Part shown: one piece after another, positions 7,801-15,877 of the stretch
Layout: each line of letters starts with the position of its first letter
How positions within the stretch are numbered: the first letter of the stretch is position 1
NCBI GenBank assembly: GCA_964522985.1
Contig: CAZFXX010000004.1
Coordinates: 1 to 34,553 of the forward strand
Source of the DNA: an uncultured Desulfobacteraceae bacterium
GTDB taxonomy: Bacteria; Desulfobacterota; Desulfobacteria; Desulfobacterales; 4572-123
Length of the DNA: 34,553 bases
Direction of reading: 5' to 3'
Notes under the pieces: generated by a model
The model's database searches: none
What the model was told of the DNA's origin: nothing
Seen by the model: the letters and a program-made list of their open reading frames with translations, nothing else
Program-made: the position numbers and the translations under genes

Positions 7801-8868
7801 ATGAAAAACAGGTTTCAGGCCAATGGCCTTCCGCTTCTTATCGGAAGCCTTCCGCTGAAAGATCATGGGCAGGCACTCCGGCTGGTTTTTAAATATACGC
7901 CCGACATCCCTTTGTGGGTGCAGTTGCCGGCCTATAAAGAAGAGAGGATAATTGCTCAATTCCTGCCGGGAATGCCCGGGGTCACGATTGAGGAAGATCG
8001 GGTCTTTATCGATACGGCAGGAGCATCGTTCGACGATGAAATTTTAAAATTTTATGAAGAATATATGGCGGTTACAGAAGGGGATGTCGATATCGACAAC
8101 ACGCGGTTTGCCATGGGGCCGGATACGGCCCCGGGTTTTTTTATGCTGCTGGAGCATCTAAGTACCCGAGATGCCTCTCCGGTGGCCATCAAGGGCCAGA
8201 TCAGCGGTCCGGTCACCTTTGGCATCGGCCTTACCGATCGTGAGGGCCGGGCTGTTTTTTATAATGCCCAGACAAAGGATGTAATGGTAAAACTGCTGGC
8301 CCGGAAAGCCGGATGGCAGGTCGACAAGCTTGCTGCTGCGGGGTTGCCCGTAATTCTGTTTCTGGATGAGCCGGCCATGGCCGGATTCGGCTCATCGGAA
8401 ATGATCAGTATTTCCCGAGAAGAGATAACCGTCTGCTTGAACGAGGTGATCGATGCCGTACATTCTAAGGGCGGCATTGCCGGCATCCATGTCTGCGCTA
8501 ATACCGACTGGTCTCTGATTCTGGAATCCGCAGTTGACATCGTCAATTTTGATGCCTATTCCTATTTTGATCGTTTTATTCTGTATGCGGATCAAATTAA
8601 AAAATTTATCAAAAACGACGGTATCATTGCCTGGGGGATTGTGCCCACCTCCTTTGCCGAAGACATTGAAAGGGAAACCACGGAATCGCTGCTGAAAAGA
8701 TGGCAAGACCAGATGTCTCAAATGGAAAATCTGGGCATCGATCCGTCGCTCCTGCTTCGCCGATCACTGATCACGCCCAGTTGCGGGACCGGTACCCTGA
8801 GTCCGGCTCATGCCGAAAGGGTTCTGGCGTTGACCGCCGGACTTTCAAGCGCAATTCGTGGGCAATAG
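7801..8868 (+). CDS. MetE-like / UROD-like (beta/alpha)8 Zn-dependent methyltransferase; candidate short 'core' cobalamin-independent methionine-synthase-type enzyme
   Basis: This 355-aa ORF has GTGAGGA upstream. It carries LIGSLP near the N-terminus, LFLDEPA, and then GIHVCANTDW and ITPSCGTG. These resemble the His-x-Cys and Cys zinc ligands of the MetE C-terminal domain and of MtaA-type methyltransferases. Confidence 0.55.
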   Translation: MKNRFQANGLPLLIGSLPLKDHGQALRLVFKYTPDIPLWVQLPAYKEERIIAQFLPGMPGVTIEEDRVFIDTAGASFDDEILKFYEEYMAVTEGDVDIDNTRFAMGPDTAPGFFMLLEHLSTRDASPVAIKGQISGPVTFGIGLTDREGRAVFYNAQTKDVMVKLLARKAGWQVDKLAAAGLPVILFLDEPAMAGFGSSEMISISREEITVCLNEVIDAVHSKGGIAGIHVCANTDWSLILESAVDIVNFDAYSYFDRFILYADQIKKFIKNDGIIAWGIVPTSFAEDIERETTESLLKRWQDQMSQMENLGIDPSLLLRRSLITPSCGTGTLSPAHAERVLALTAGLSSAIRGQ

Positions 8869-8979
8869 TACCTGACCGAAAGCCTATAATAACCTATTTG
8901 CAAAATGAAAAACCGTCTTCTGTCAATACGATATTATAAATTTTAGTTCGAATACCAAATAATTTACAAAGAGAATTAT

Positions 8980-9834
8980 ATGGTCCCAAAAATTCAAGAA
9001 AAAGGACTTTCAAGTGCTACGCGGTATGTTCTGGATGATGAACTGGCCGGTATCGTCAATATTTCCATGGCGTTGGAGATGCCGCTGCTCTTGAAGGGCG
9101 AACCCGGTACCGGCAAAACCATGCTGGCCCATGCCATTGCCGAAACGCTGAACATGCCGCTGATTGTCCTCAACGTCAAATCGAGTATGAAGCTGGTGGA
9201 TGCACTGTACCAGTATGATACCCTGACACGTTTAAACGACAGTCGGTTTGGTGATTCCACCAGAGATGTCAGCAATATCGAAAACTATATCAAGATGGGA
9301 AAAATCGGGCAGGCCTTTATATCGGACACACGCAATGTCCTACTTATCGATGAAATTGACAAGGCTGATACCGATTTTCAGGACGATATGCTGGATGTGC
9401 TGGACCAGATGGAATTTGATATCATTGAGATCGACAAAACCATACAGGCACAAAACCGCCCGGTCTTCATTATTACCTCCAATGCCAAAAAGGACCTGTC
9501 CGATCCGTTTCTCGGCCGGTGTAATTTCCACCATATTGCATTTCCAGACCCCAAGATGATGCGCAAGATCCTTCGGGTGCATTTTCCTGATATGGGTGAT
9601 GATCTTGGCGAATATGTGACTGCCGCCTTTTATAAGCTTCGTGAACTCGAGGCAATTGAGAAAAAACCGGCCACGCGCGAACTGCTGAACTGGGTCAGGG
9701 CCCTGCAGGCTGATCCTGATTTCAAGGCCAGCCAACTGACAAAGGGGGCGTTGCCTTTTTTAGGGGTACTGTTTAAAAAAAGCAATGACTATGAACGGGC
9801 TGTTTCCTTTGTCAATCGTCGAAGGCTTTTTTAA
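8980..9834 (+). CDS. MoxR/CoxD-like AAA+ ATPase
   Basis: It has Walker A GEPGTGKT, Walker B LLIDEIDKAD, an FIITSN sensor region, and the short (284 aa) single-AAA architecture typical of MoxR-class chaperones. Confidence 0.85.
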   Translation: MVPKIQEKGLSSATRYVLDDELAGIVNISMALEMPLLLKGEPGTGKTMLAHAIAETLNMPLIVLNVKSSMKLVDALYQYDTLTRLNDSRFGDSTRDVSNIENYIKMGKIGQAFISDTRNVLLIDEIDKADTDFQDDMLDVLDQMEFDIIEIDKTIQAQNRPVFIITSNAKKDLSDPFLGRCNFHHIAFPDPKMMRKILRVHFPDMGDDLGEYVTAAFYKLRELEAIEKKPATRELLNWVRALQADPDFKASQLTKGALPFLGVLFKKSNDYERAVSFVNRRRLF

Positions 9835-9968
9835 TCAACGGGGAGGGAAATCTATTTTCAGTTAATAGATGGCGAAAATTTTAGGACAGGAATAAGCAAC
9901 CTTCTATTTTTTCCAATTTCCCTGACAAAACCCAAAATCAACAAAGTGTCCGCGCTTTTTGATGGGTC

Positions 9969-11180
9969 ATGAAGAATGCGGTATTTTTTATGTTTATCGA
10001 TTATTTTTATAAATTAAAGGAGGCCGGCATACCGGTCAGCCCCACCGCCTTTCTGACCCTGCACAAAGCCCTCGGTAGCGGATTGATCAATTCCCTGGAT
10101 GAATTTTATATGGCATCCAGGGCTATTCTGGTCAAGAGTGAGCGCTATTTTGATCTGTTTGATCAGATTTTCGCTCATTATTTTGAGGGGGCGGAAATGC
10201 CGGATACAGAAGGTTTTGAGATTGATGAGATGGCCCGTACTCTGCTGGATGCCTGGCTCAAGGACCCAAAAACCATAGCCGATGCCTTTGATGTTGATGA
10301 AGCAACGCTCAACAAATTTTCACCCGAGGAACTGATTGAATATTTTAAAAAGCGCTTAAAAGATCAGACCGAAGAACACCACGGTGGCACGCGCTGGATC
10401 GGAACCGGCGGAACGTCACCGGTGGGTCATTCGGGATACCATCCCGGTGGAATGCGGGTGGGCGGCGTAAGCCGTAACAAATCGGCTGTCAAGGTAGCCC
10501 TGGAAAGGCGCTATAAAGATTATTCCGCCAGTGGGCCGCTGACCGAGGCCATGATCGGCGAGGCTATGAAAAGGCTGCGCAACATGATTCCGTTTGGCCC
10601 TAAAGACAGGCTTGACATTGATGCCACCATCTACCAGACCATGAAAAACGGCGGCGAGATCGAGATTGTCTTTGACCGCAGCCTTAAAGACAGGTTAAAG
10701 GTGATCCTGGCTATCGATAACGGCGGCTGGTCTATGGACCCTTATATAACGCTAGTGCAGACCCTTTTTGATTATGCGCGCGCCCAGTTCAAAGATTTGA
10801 AAATATTCTTTTTTCACAATACCATCTATGATATTTTGTGGAAAGATCCGGCCCGGTACAGCCTGCCTGTACGGGTGGATGAACTGGTTCGACGCGATCC
10901 TGAAACACGGCTGATCATTGTGGGGGATGCCAGCATGGCCCCCTATGAATTGATGGCCCAGGAGGGCTCACTGTATATCGGCGAGCGCAGCGGCAAACCC
11001 GGCATTGAACGGCTCAAGCTGCTGGCCAAAACATTTTCGCATTGCGTCTGGCTGAATCCCGTGGCCTCACGCATGTGGGATTATACCCGAACCATTACGA
11101 TGATCCGTCAGATTTTTTCCATGTATGAGCTATCCCTCGATGGTCTGGATATGGCGATTTCCAAATTGATGGAAAAGTAG
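9969..11180 (+). CDS. VWA-domain protein of the CoxE-like family (partner of the MoxR ATPase)
   Basis: The N-terminus F(I)DYFYKLKEAGIPVSPTAFLTLHKAL is characteristic of CoxE-like proteins. The C-terminal VWA-like region is LKVILAIDNGGWSMD...IIVGDASM. The start may instead be the ATG at 9990 (MFIDYFY...). Confidence 0.7.
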   Translation: MKNAVFFMFIDYFYKLKEAGIPVSPTAFLTLHKALGSGLINSLDEFYMASRAILVKSERYFDLFDQIFAHYFEGAEMPDTEGFEIDEMARTLLDAWLKDPKTIADAFDVDEATLNKFSPEELIEYFKKRLKDQTEEHHGGTRWIGTGGTSPVGHSGYHPGGMRVGGVSRNKSAVKVALERRYKDYSASGPLTEAMIGEAMKRLRNMIPFGPKDRLDIDATIYQTMKNGGEIEIVFDRSLKDRLKVILAIDNGGWSMDPYITLVQTLFDYARAQFKDLKIFFFHNTIYDILWKDPARYSLPVRVDELVRRDPETRLIIVGDASMAPYELMAQEGSLYIGERSGKPGIERLKLLAKTFSHCVWLNPVASRMWDYTRTITMIRQIFSMYELSLDGLDMAISKLMEK

Positions 11181-11186
11181 AAATTT

Positions 11187-11215
11187 GGATTGGTTTTTTT
11201 ATAATTTCCCAATCC
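11187..11215. terminator. hairpin between convergent genes (GGATTGG ... CCAATCC)
   Basis: A 7-bp stem (11187-11193 / 11209-11215) encloses a T-rich loop, in the 41-bp gap between the stops at 11180 (+) and 11222 (-). Confidence 0.35.
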
Positions 11216-11221
11216 CCCAAT

Positions 11222-12019
11222 CTATCCCTGAAAATCCATGGGACTGATATCGAATAATCGGCAGGTATTCTCAAAGATTATGTCCGCCAGGGATTCGGGA
11301 TCCCGACCAAGGACCGCAGCCAGTTTCAGTAATGTGGATTTGACAAAGGCCGGTTCGTTGCGCCGATGGCGGTTTTTTTCAGGGGCCGGTGTAAGATAGG
11401 GGGCATCGGTTTCCACCAGAAGGCGCTTTTCTGGAATCTCAGGCACCATGGTGCGCAGGTCGGCCCCCCGCTGTTTAAGGGTCAGTATCCCTGTGATGCC
11501 GATATAGAGACCGAGTTCCAGATATTGTTCAAGTTCCGTCAAATTGCCGCTGAAACAGTGGATCACGCCCTTGATGCCTGATGCGTGCCTTTGTTTCAGG
11601 ATCTCCAGAAGCCGGCCATGACTGTCTCTTTCATGAAAGATAATCGGCAGGTTCAGGGCAATAGCGGCTTCCAGTTGACGGACAAACCATTTTTCCTGAT
11701 CTTCCCGGGGAGAATACATCCGATTAAAATCAAGCCCTATTTCTCCCCAGGCTTTTACCTTGAAATCCCGGGAAAGGCCCACCAGGTATTCCAGAGTCTG
11801 GGCAGAACATTCCCGGGCATCGTGAGGGTGAACACCGACAGCGGCATAAAAACCGTTAAAAGACCGGGCTATTTCAATTACCTTGGCCGAAGTTTCACGA
11901 TTTACGCCCACAAGCATGATGCCGGCTACATTGGTATCCTGTGCACGATTGATAACGTCCGGAAGGTCTTTGGCATATGATTTGTCATCGAGGTGGCAAT
12001 GGCTATCAAAAAGTTTCAT
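11222..12019 (-). CDS. tatD: TatD-family metal-dependent hydrolase (DNase)
   Basis: It has the N-terminal motif MKLFDSHCHLDD, internal IGE.GLD and H.R.., and C-terminal ETDAPYL, all hallmark TatD motifs. Confidence 0.9.
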   Translation of the reverse strand: MKLFDSHCHLDDKSYAKDLPDVINRAQDTNVAGIMLVGVNRETSAKVIEIARSFNGFYAAVGVHPHDARECSAQTLEYLVGLSRDFKVKAWGEIGLDFNRMYSPREDQEKWFVRQLEAAIALNLPIIFHERDSHGRLLEILKQRHASGIKGVIHCFSGNLTELEQYLELGLYIGITGILTLKQRGADLRTMVPEIPEKRLLVETDAPYLTPAPEKNRHRRNEPAFVKSTLLKLAAVLGRDPESLADIIFENTCRLFDISPMDFQG

Positions 12020-12574
12020 TTTTATTTTTTCCCATTAAAAGTATTTCCTGGTTTTTGGAAAATGGCTTTCGTGTTTGGCATGGCAATCGCTTACCACTCC
12101 CCACGCATCACTCAAAACTCAAACAATCTGTATCAGAACATTTGGGTTCGTATCTATATAAATTATTATATATTTTTTTTAAAGGCCCAAGGCGTAATAT
12201 GATAATTTATTGCCTTTTTCAAACCATTTTCACCCCGGGTAAAAAATATATATTTTAATTGCTTTTTGTTTTTTATGAGTATAATTTCATATTTTTATTA
12301 TTTATTTCGGGATGGTTGAATCCTTTGTCTAATAATCGAAGGGGTGTTTGGCCAAACAGGTTATCATGGTGCCCACGGATTTTGATCCGATCTCTTCTAA
12401 GAGGTTGGGTAAAAAGAATATTACCTGCCGGCGCCTGGACTAGGGTCATGTTTGCATGAACCCTGAAAATATTAATTTTGTATCAACAGTTTGTTTTTGC
12501 CGAATTTTCGGATCCGGCACGGGAAAAATTTCAAACAGTTTTGCGAAAAAGTCAATTAAAGTTGGAGGATTATT

Positions 12575-13414
12575 ATGTTTAAAATTGTACAACGCTTGGA
12601 GATGGCCCAAGGTACGGTGGTACTCGATGAAATCGAAGCCCCCCTGATTGCCCAAAAGGCAAAGCCGGGCCAGTTTGTTATTTTGAAAGCCAATGAAACC
12701 GGAGAGCGTATTCCGCTGACCATGGCCGACACCGATCGTGAAAAGGGGACCATTACCATCATATATATGATCGTGGGTAAAACTACCGCTTTGTTCAAGG
12801 ATTTAAAGATTGGGGATGGGTTCCAGGATGTGATCGGCCCCCTTGGAAAACCGACCCATCTGGAAAAGCTGGGTAAGGTGGTATGCGTGGGCGGCGGTAC
12901 CGGTGTTGCGGTGCTGCATCCGATCACCCGGGGACTCAAGGATGTGGGTAATGACGTCACCTGTATCATCGGTGCTAGAAACAAGGATCTTTTGATTCTG
13001 GAAGACCAGATGAAAAAAGCATCCCATGATCTGCGGGTATGTACCGATGACGGCTCCTATGGTCATCACGGTTTTGTGACTGAAGTCCTCAAGGACCTGC
13101 TGGAAAAAGAAAAAGACATTAAGCTTTGTGTGGCCATCGGGCCGGTCCCGATGATGAAATTTGTATCTAAATTAACCAAAGAATACAATGTCCATACCAT
13201 GGTCAGCCTGAATCCGATCATGGTGGACGGCACCGGTATGTGCGGTGGCTGCAGAGTGTCTGTCGGCGGAAAGACAAAATTCGCATGCGTGGACGGCCCT
13301 GAATTTGACGGCCATCAGGTCGACTATGACGAATTGATGCTCAGACTTCAGGCTTACACCGGGGATGAAAAAAATTCTTATGACGGATATTGCAAGTGCA
13401 GGGAAAAGGCTTAG
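12575..13414 (+). CDS. nfnA: NADH-dependent reduced ferredoxin:NADP+ oxidoreductase small subunit (NfnA; PyrK / sulfide-dehydrogenase-beta-like FAD/[2Fe-2S] protein)
   Basis: A strong GGAGG SD precedes the start. The FNR-like fold motifs are R.PLT.AD and VGGGTGVA. The C-terminal cluster motif is GMCGGCRV....KFACVDGPEF. It lies directly upstream of the GltD-like partner. Confidence 0.85.
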   Translation: MFKIVQRLEMAQGTVVLDEIEAPLIAQKAKPGQFVILKANETGERIPLTMADTDREKGTITIIYMIVGKTTALFKDLKIGDGFQDVIGPLGKPTHLEKLGKVVCVGGGTGVAVLHPITRGLKDVGNDVTCIIGARNKDLLILEDQMKKASHDLRVCTDDGSYGHHGFVTEVLKDLLEKEKDIKLCVAIGPVPMMKFVSKLTKEYNVHTMVSLNPIMVDGTGMCGGCRVSVGGKTKFACVDGPEFDGHQVDYDELMLRLQAYTGDEKNSYDGYCKCREKA

Positions 13415-13486
13415 TGCAGGCGTATTTTTTATTCAAGAAGGCTGACGGTTTAAATAGCAAACAAAATATTTTGTGCGGAGGTCATA

Positions 13487-14908
13487 ATGGTGCAGGAAGC
13501 AGGTAAAAAAGCAAAAAAAGTAAAAGTACCCAGACAGCCGATGCCTGAACAGGAGGCGGCTGTAAGAGCAAGAAATTTTGAAGAGGTTCCGTTTGGACTC
13601 GATCCCGAGGCGGCGATGCTGGAGGCCCAGCGATGTTTGCAGTGTAAAAAGCCGGCCTGTGTCGAAGGCTGTCCCGTGGGCGTGGATATTCCCGGGTTTA
13701 TCAAGCTGGTTCGCGAAGGAGAGTTTACTGCGGCCATCAGCAATCTTTGGAAAAAAAATGGCCTGCCGGCGGTGTGCGGCCGGGTCTGTCCCCAGGAACT
13801 GCAGTGTGAGGTTAGATGTATTGTCGGTAAGAAAGGAGAGCCGGTGGCCATCGGCCATCTGGAAAGATTTGTGGCGGATTACGAAAGAAAGAACAAAAAG
13901 GCCCCGCTTCCTGCAAAGGCGGCATCCACCGGCAAGAAGGTCGCCGTTGTCGGTTCCGGGCCCTCGGGCCTGACCGTTGCAGGGGACCTTATCCTGAAAG
14001 GACATGATGTTACCCTTTTTGAGGCGTTTCATAAACCCGGCGGTGTGCTTGTATACGGCATTCCCGAATTCAGGCTTCCCAAGGAGATCGTTTTCTCGGA
14101 AGTCGCGGGTCTGGAAGCCCTGGGCGTCAAGCTGGAATGTAACGCCGTAGTGGGTCGGGCCGTGTCGCTGGATGAGCTTTTTGAGCAGGGCTATGATGCT
14201 ATCTTTCTGGGTGTTGGGGCCGGTCTGCCGCGATTTTTAAATGTTCCGGGTGAAAATTTTACCGGTATTTTTTCCGCCAACGAATATCTGACCCGCTCCA
14301 ACCTGATGAAGGCCTATAAATTTCCTGAATACGATACGCCGATTATCCGGGGGAAAAACGTGATTACCCTGGGCGCCGGAAATGTGGCCATGGATTCGGC
14401 CCGTACGGCTCTGCGTCTCGGCGCCGACGCATCGACCATTGTTTATCGCCGGTCAAGACAGGAAGTGCCGGCCCGAGGTGCCGAAGTACATCATGCCGAG
14501 CAGGAGGGGGTTGAATTTCAGTTTCTCACCGCTCCGACAAAATTTATCGGCGATGACAAAGGCCGCGTGATCGGTATGCAGGGATTGAGGATGGAACTGG
14601 GTGAACCCGATGCGTCCGGACGGCGGCGTCCGGTACCCATTAAAGGCTCTGAATTCGAGATCGGGTGCGATCAGGTCATCATCGCCGTTGGGGCCGGCCC
14701 CAATCCGCTGTTGACCCGCGCCACCGAAGGGTTGGCACTGAACAAACGGGAGTATATTGAGGCGGATGAGGAAACTGGTAAAACAAGCCTGAAAGGTGTC
14801 TGGGCCGGCGGTGATATTGTCACCGGATCGGCAACCGTTATCCTGGCCATGGGCGCAGGGCGCAAGGCTGCCGATTCCATGCATGACTATCTGGTACATG
14901 GCTGGTAA
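13487..14908 (+). CDS. nfnB: NfnB / glutamate-synthase-small-chain-like (GltD family) NADPH oxidoreductase
   Basis: A GGAGG SD precedes the start. The N-terminal 2x[4Fe-4S] region is CLQCKKPACVEGCP...CGRVCP. Two Rossmann motifs are present (VAVVGSGPSGL, VITLGAGNVAMD), followed by C-terminal GVWAGGD. Confidence 0.85.
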   Translation: MVQEAGKKAKKVKVPRQPMPEQEAAVRARNFEEVPFGLDPEAAMLEAQRCLQCKKPACVEGCPVGVDIPGFIKLVREGEFTAAISNLWKKNGLPAVCGRVCPQELQCEVRCIVGKKGEPVAIGHLERFVADYERKNKKAPLPAKAASTGKKVAVVGSGPSGLTVAGDLILKGHDVTLFEAFHKPGGVLVYGIPEFRLPKEIVFSEVAGLEALGVKLECNAVVGRAVSLDELFEQGYDAIFLGVGAGLPRFLNVPGENFTGIFSANEYLTRSNLMKAYKFPEYDTPIIRGKNVITLGAGNVAMDSARTALRLGADASTIVYRRSRQEVPARGAEVHHAEQEGVEFQFLTAPTKFIGDDKGRVIGMQGLRMELGEPDASGRRRPVPIKGSEFEIGCDQVIIAVGAGPNPLLTRATEGLALNKREYIEADEETGKTSLKGVWAGGDIVTGSATVILAMGAGRKAADSMHDYLVHGW

Positions 14909-14943
14909 AATTTTTACAGGCTGCGGTAAATTGAAAAAAAAAC

Positions 14944-14981
14944 AAAATCCCCCTTTTCATTTATAAATAAAGGGGGATTTT
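14944..14981. terminator. rho-independent (bidirectional-looking) terminator
   Basis: AAAATCCCCCTT (14944-14955) and AAGGGGGATTTT (14970-14981) form a perfect 12-bp stem flanked by A- and T-runs. It lies 35 nt after the nfnB stop. Confidence 0.75.
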
Positions 14982-15008
14982 GTGATTTTACGGATGGGTG
15001 TTATTACG

Positions 15009-15057
15009 CATCACTCAATTTTCACATCACTCAATTTTCACATCACCCAAAACTTCA
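15009..15057. repeat. tandem 16-bp repeat CATCACTCAATTTTCA x2 plus a degenerate third copy
   Basis: Units at 15009-15024 and 15025-15040 are identical. The third copy, CATCACCCAAAACTTCA, follows. The array is preceded by TTACGCATCACTC, which recurs at 23924-23936. Confidence 0.85.
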
Positions 15058-15117
15058 TTTGGCGCGGTTGATTTTTTCGTCCTGCAAATACGTTATGATT
15101 GATTTTTCGGTCAGGTG

Positions 15118-15615
15118 CTATTTATTCAAAAGCCCGATGGTGTCTTCCAGCACCTTTATGCATTCCTCGGATGAGGCAGTCCCCTGGCGGATATTGTCTT
15201 GAAGTGTTTTTAAATTTACAAATACATTTTTTTGATTGATTTGTTTTTTCTTCAGCACGGTAAGGTAATTGTTAAAATCTCCTGCAAGCCATCTGAAATT
15301 ATCTGTTTTTCGAAATTTAAAAGGCTCTTCGGGAATCGATCCTTTGGTAATCTGACGAATGACATTGCCAAGCTTGTAAAGCGGTCCGGCGACAGAGTGC
15401 GTAAACGCGATGGAGAGAACGATGATCAACAGCACGAACAGAATGACTGCCCATACAAATCCCTGGATATTGGTTTCTGTAATATACAGCCAGGAAAAAC
15501 CCAGGCCGATTGCCGTAGCAATCACCGCCTGCAGCAGCACCATCAGAAAAATATGACTGAGCTGGAATTTTTTATCGATGAGATAGTGCGTGCGGTGAAT
15601 TTTCTTTTTTTTCAT
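15118..15615 (-). CDS. small two-TM membrane protein with a HAMP-like linker and short C-terminal helix
   Basis: This 165-aa ORF has AGAGG upstream. Two hydrophobic helices are followed by AGPLYKLGNVIRQITKGSIPE...FRKTDNFRWLAGDFNNYL, which fits the HAMP pattern (P...L......I..G.........DE...L...FN.M). Confidence 0.6.
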   Translation of the reverse strand: MKKKKIHRTHYLIDKKFQLSHIFLMVLLQAVIATAIGLGFSWLYITETNIQGFVWAVILFVLLIIVLSIAFTHSVAGPLYKLGNVIRQITKGSIPEEPFKFRKTDNFRWLAGDFNNYLTVLKKKQINQKNVFVNLKTLQDNIRQGTASSEECIKVLEDTIGLLNK

Positions 15616-15877
15616 GTGGTCTACCTCTGGCGTGCGTTGGTTGAAAAAAGTAATTTATTATTTGCGGCGTATGCCTTTTCAACAGCACCGGTTTATCCGG
15701 TTTAATGAATTATTAAAGCTAAATTTATCAAGAATGTCAAGGTGTAAGAAACGACCTACGCCAATTAACGACATGGCGTGGCGATGGGACAGATAATGGG
15801 AAACAGGTAGACAGGGCAGATCAAACCATGAAAAATTAGCGAAACAACCATTTTGCAAAAAAATCAATCTGGATGTT

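Noticed and set aside
12076-12091. Sigma-54-like TGGCAT-N5-TCGC as the nfnA promoter
   Set aside because: The spacing fits, but both half-sites deviate from consensus. The site is about 480 nt from nfnA and also lies within the divergent tatD upstream region. That is too weak to list as a feature, so it is mentioned only inside the spacer finding.
11993-12459. 69-, 93- and 66-aa ORFs in the AT-rich tatD/nfnA spacer
   Set aside because: They are Phe/Ile/Tyr-rich translations of A/T tracts without an RBS. This is expected by chance in AT-rich DNA.
15009-15057. Possible CRISPR array
   Set aside because: There are only two and a half directly abutting 16-bp units with no spacers, and there are no cas genes. 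It is a simple tandem repeat.
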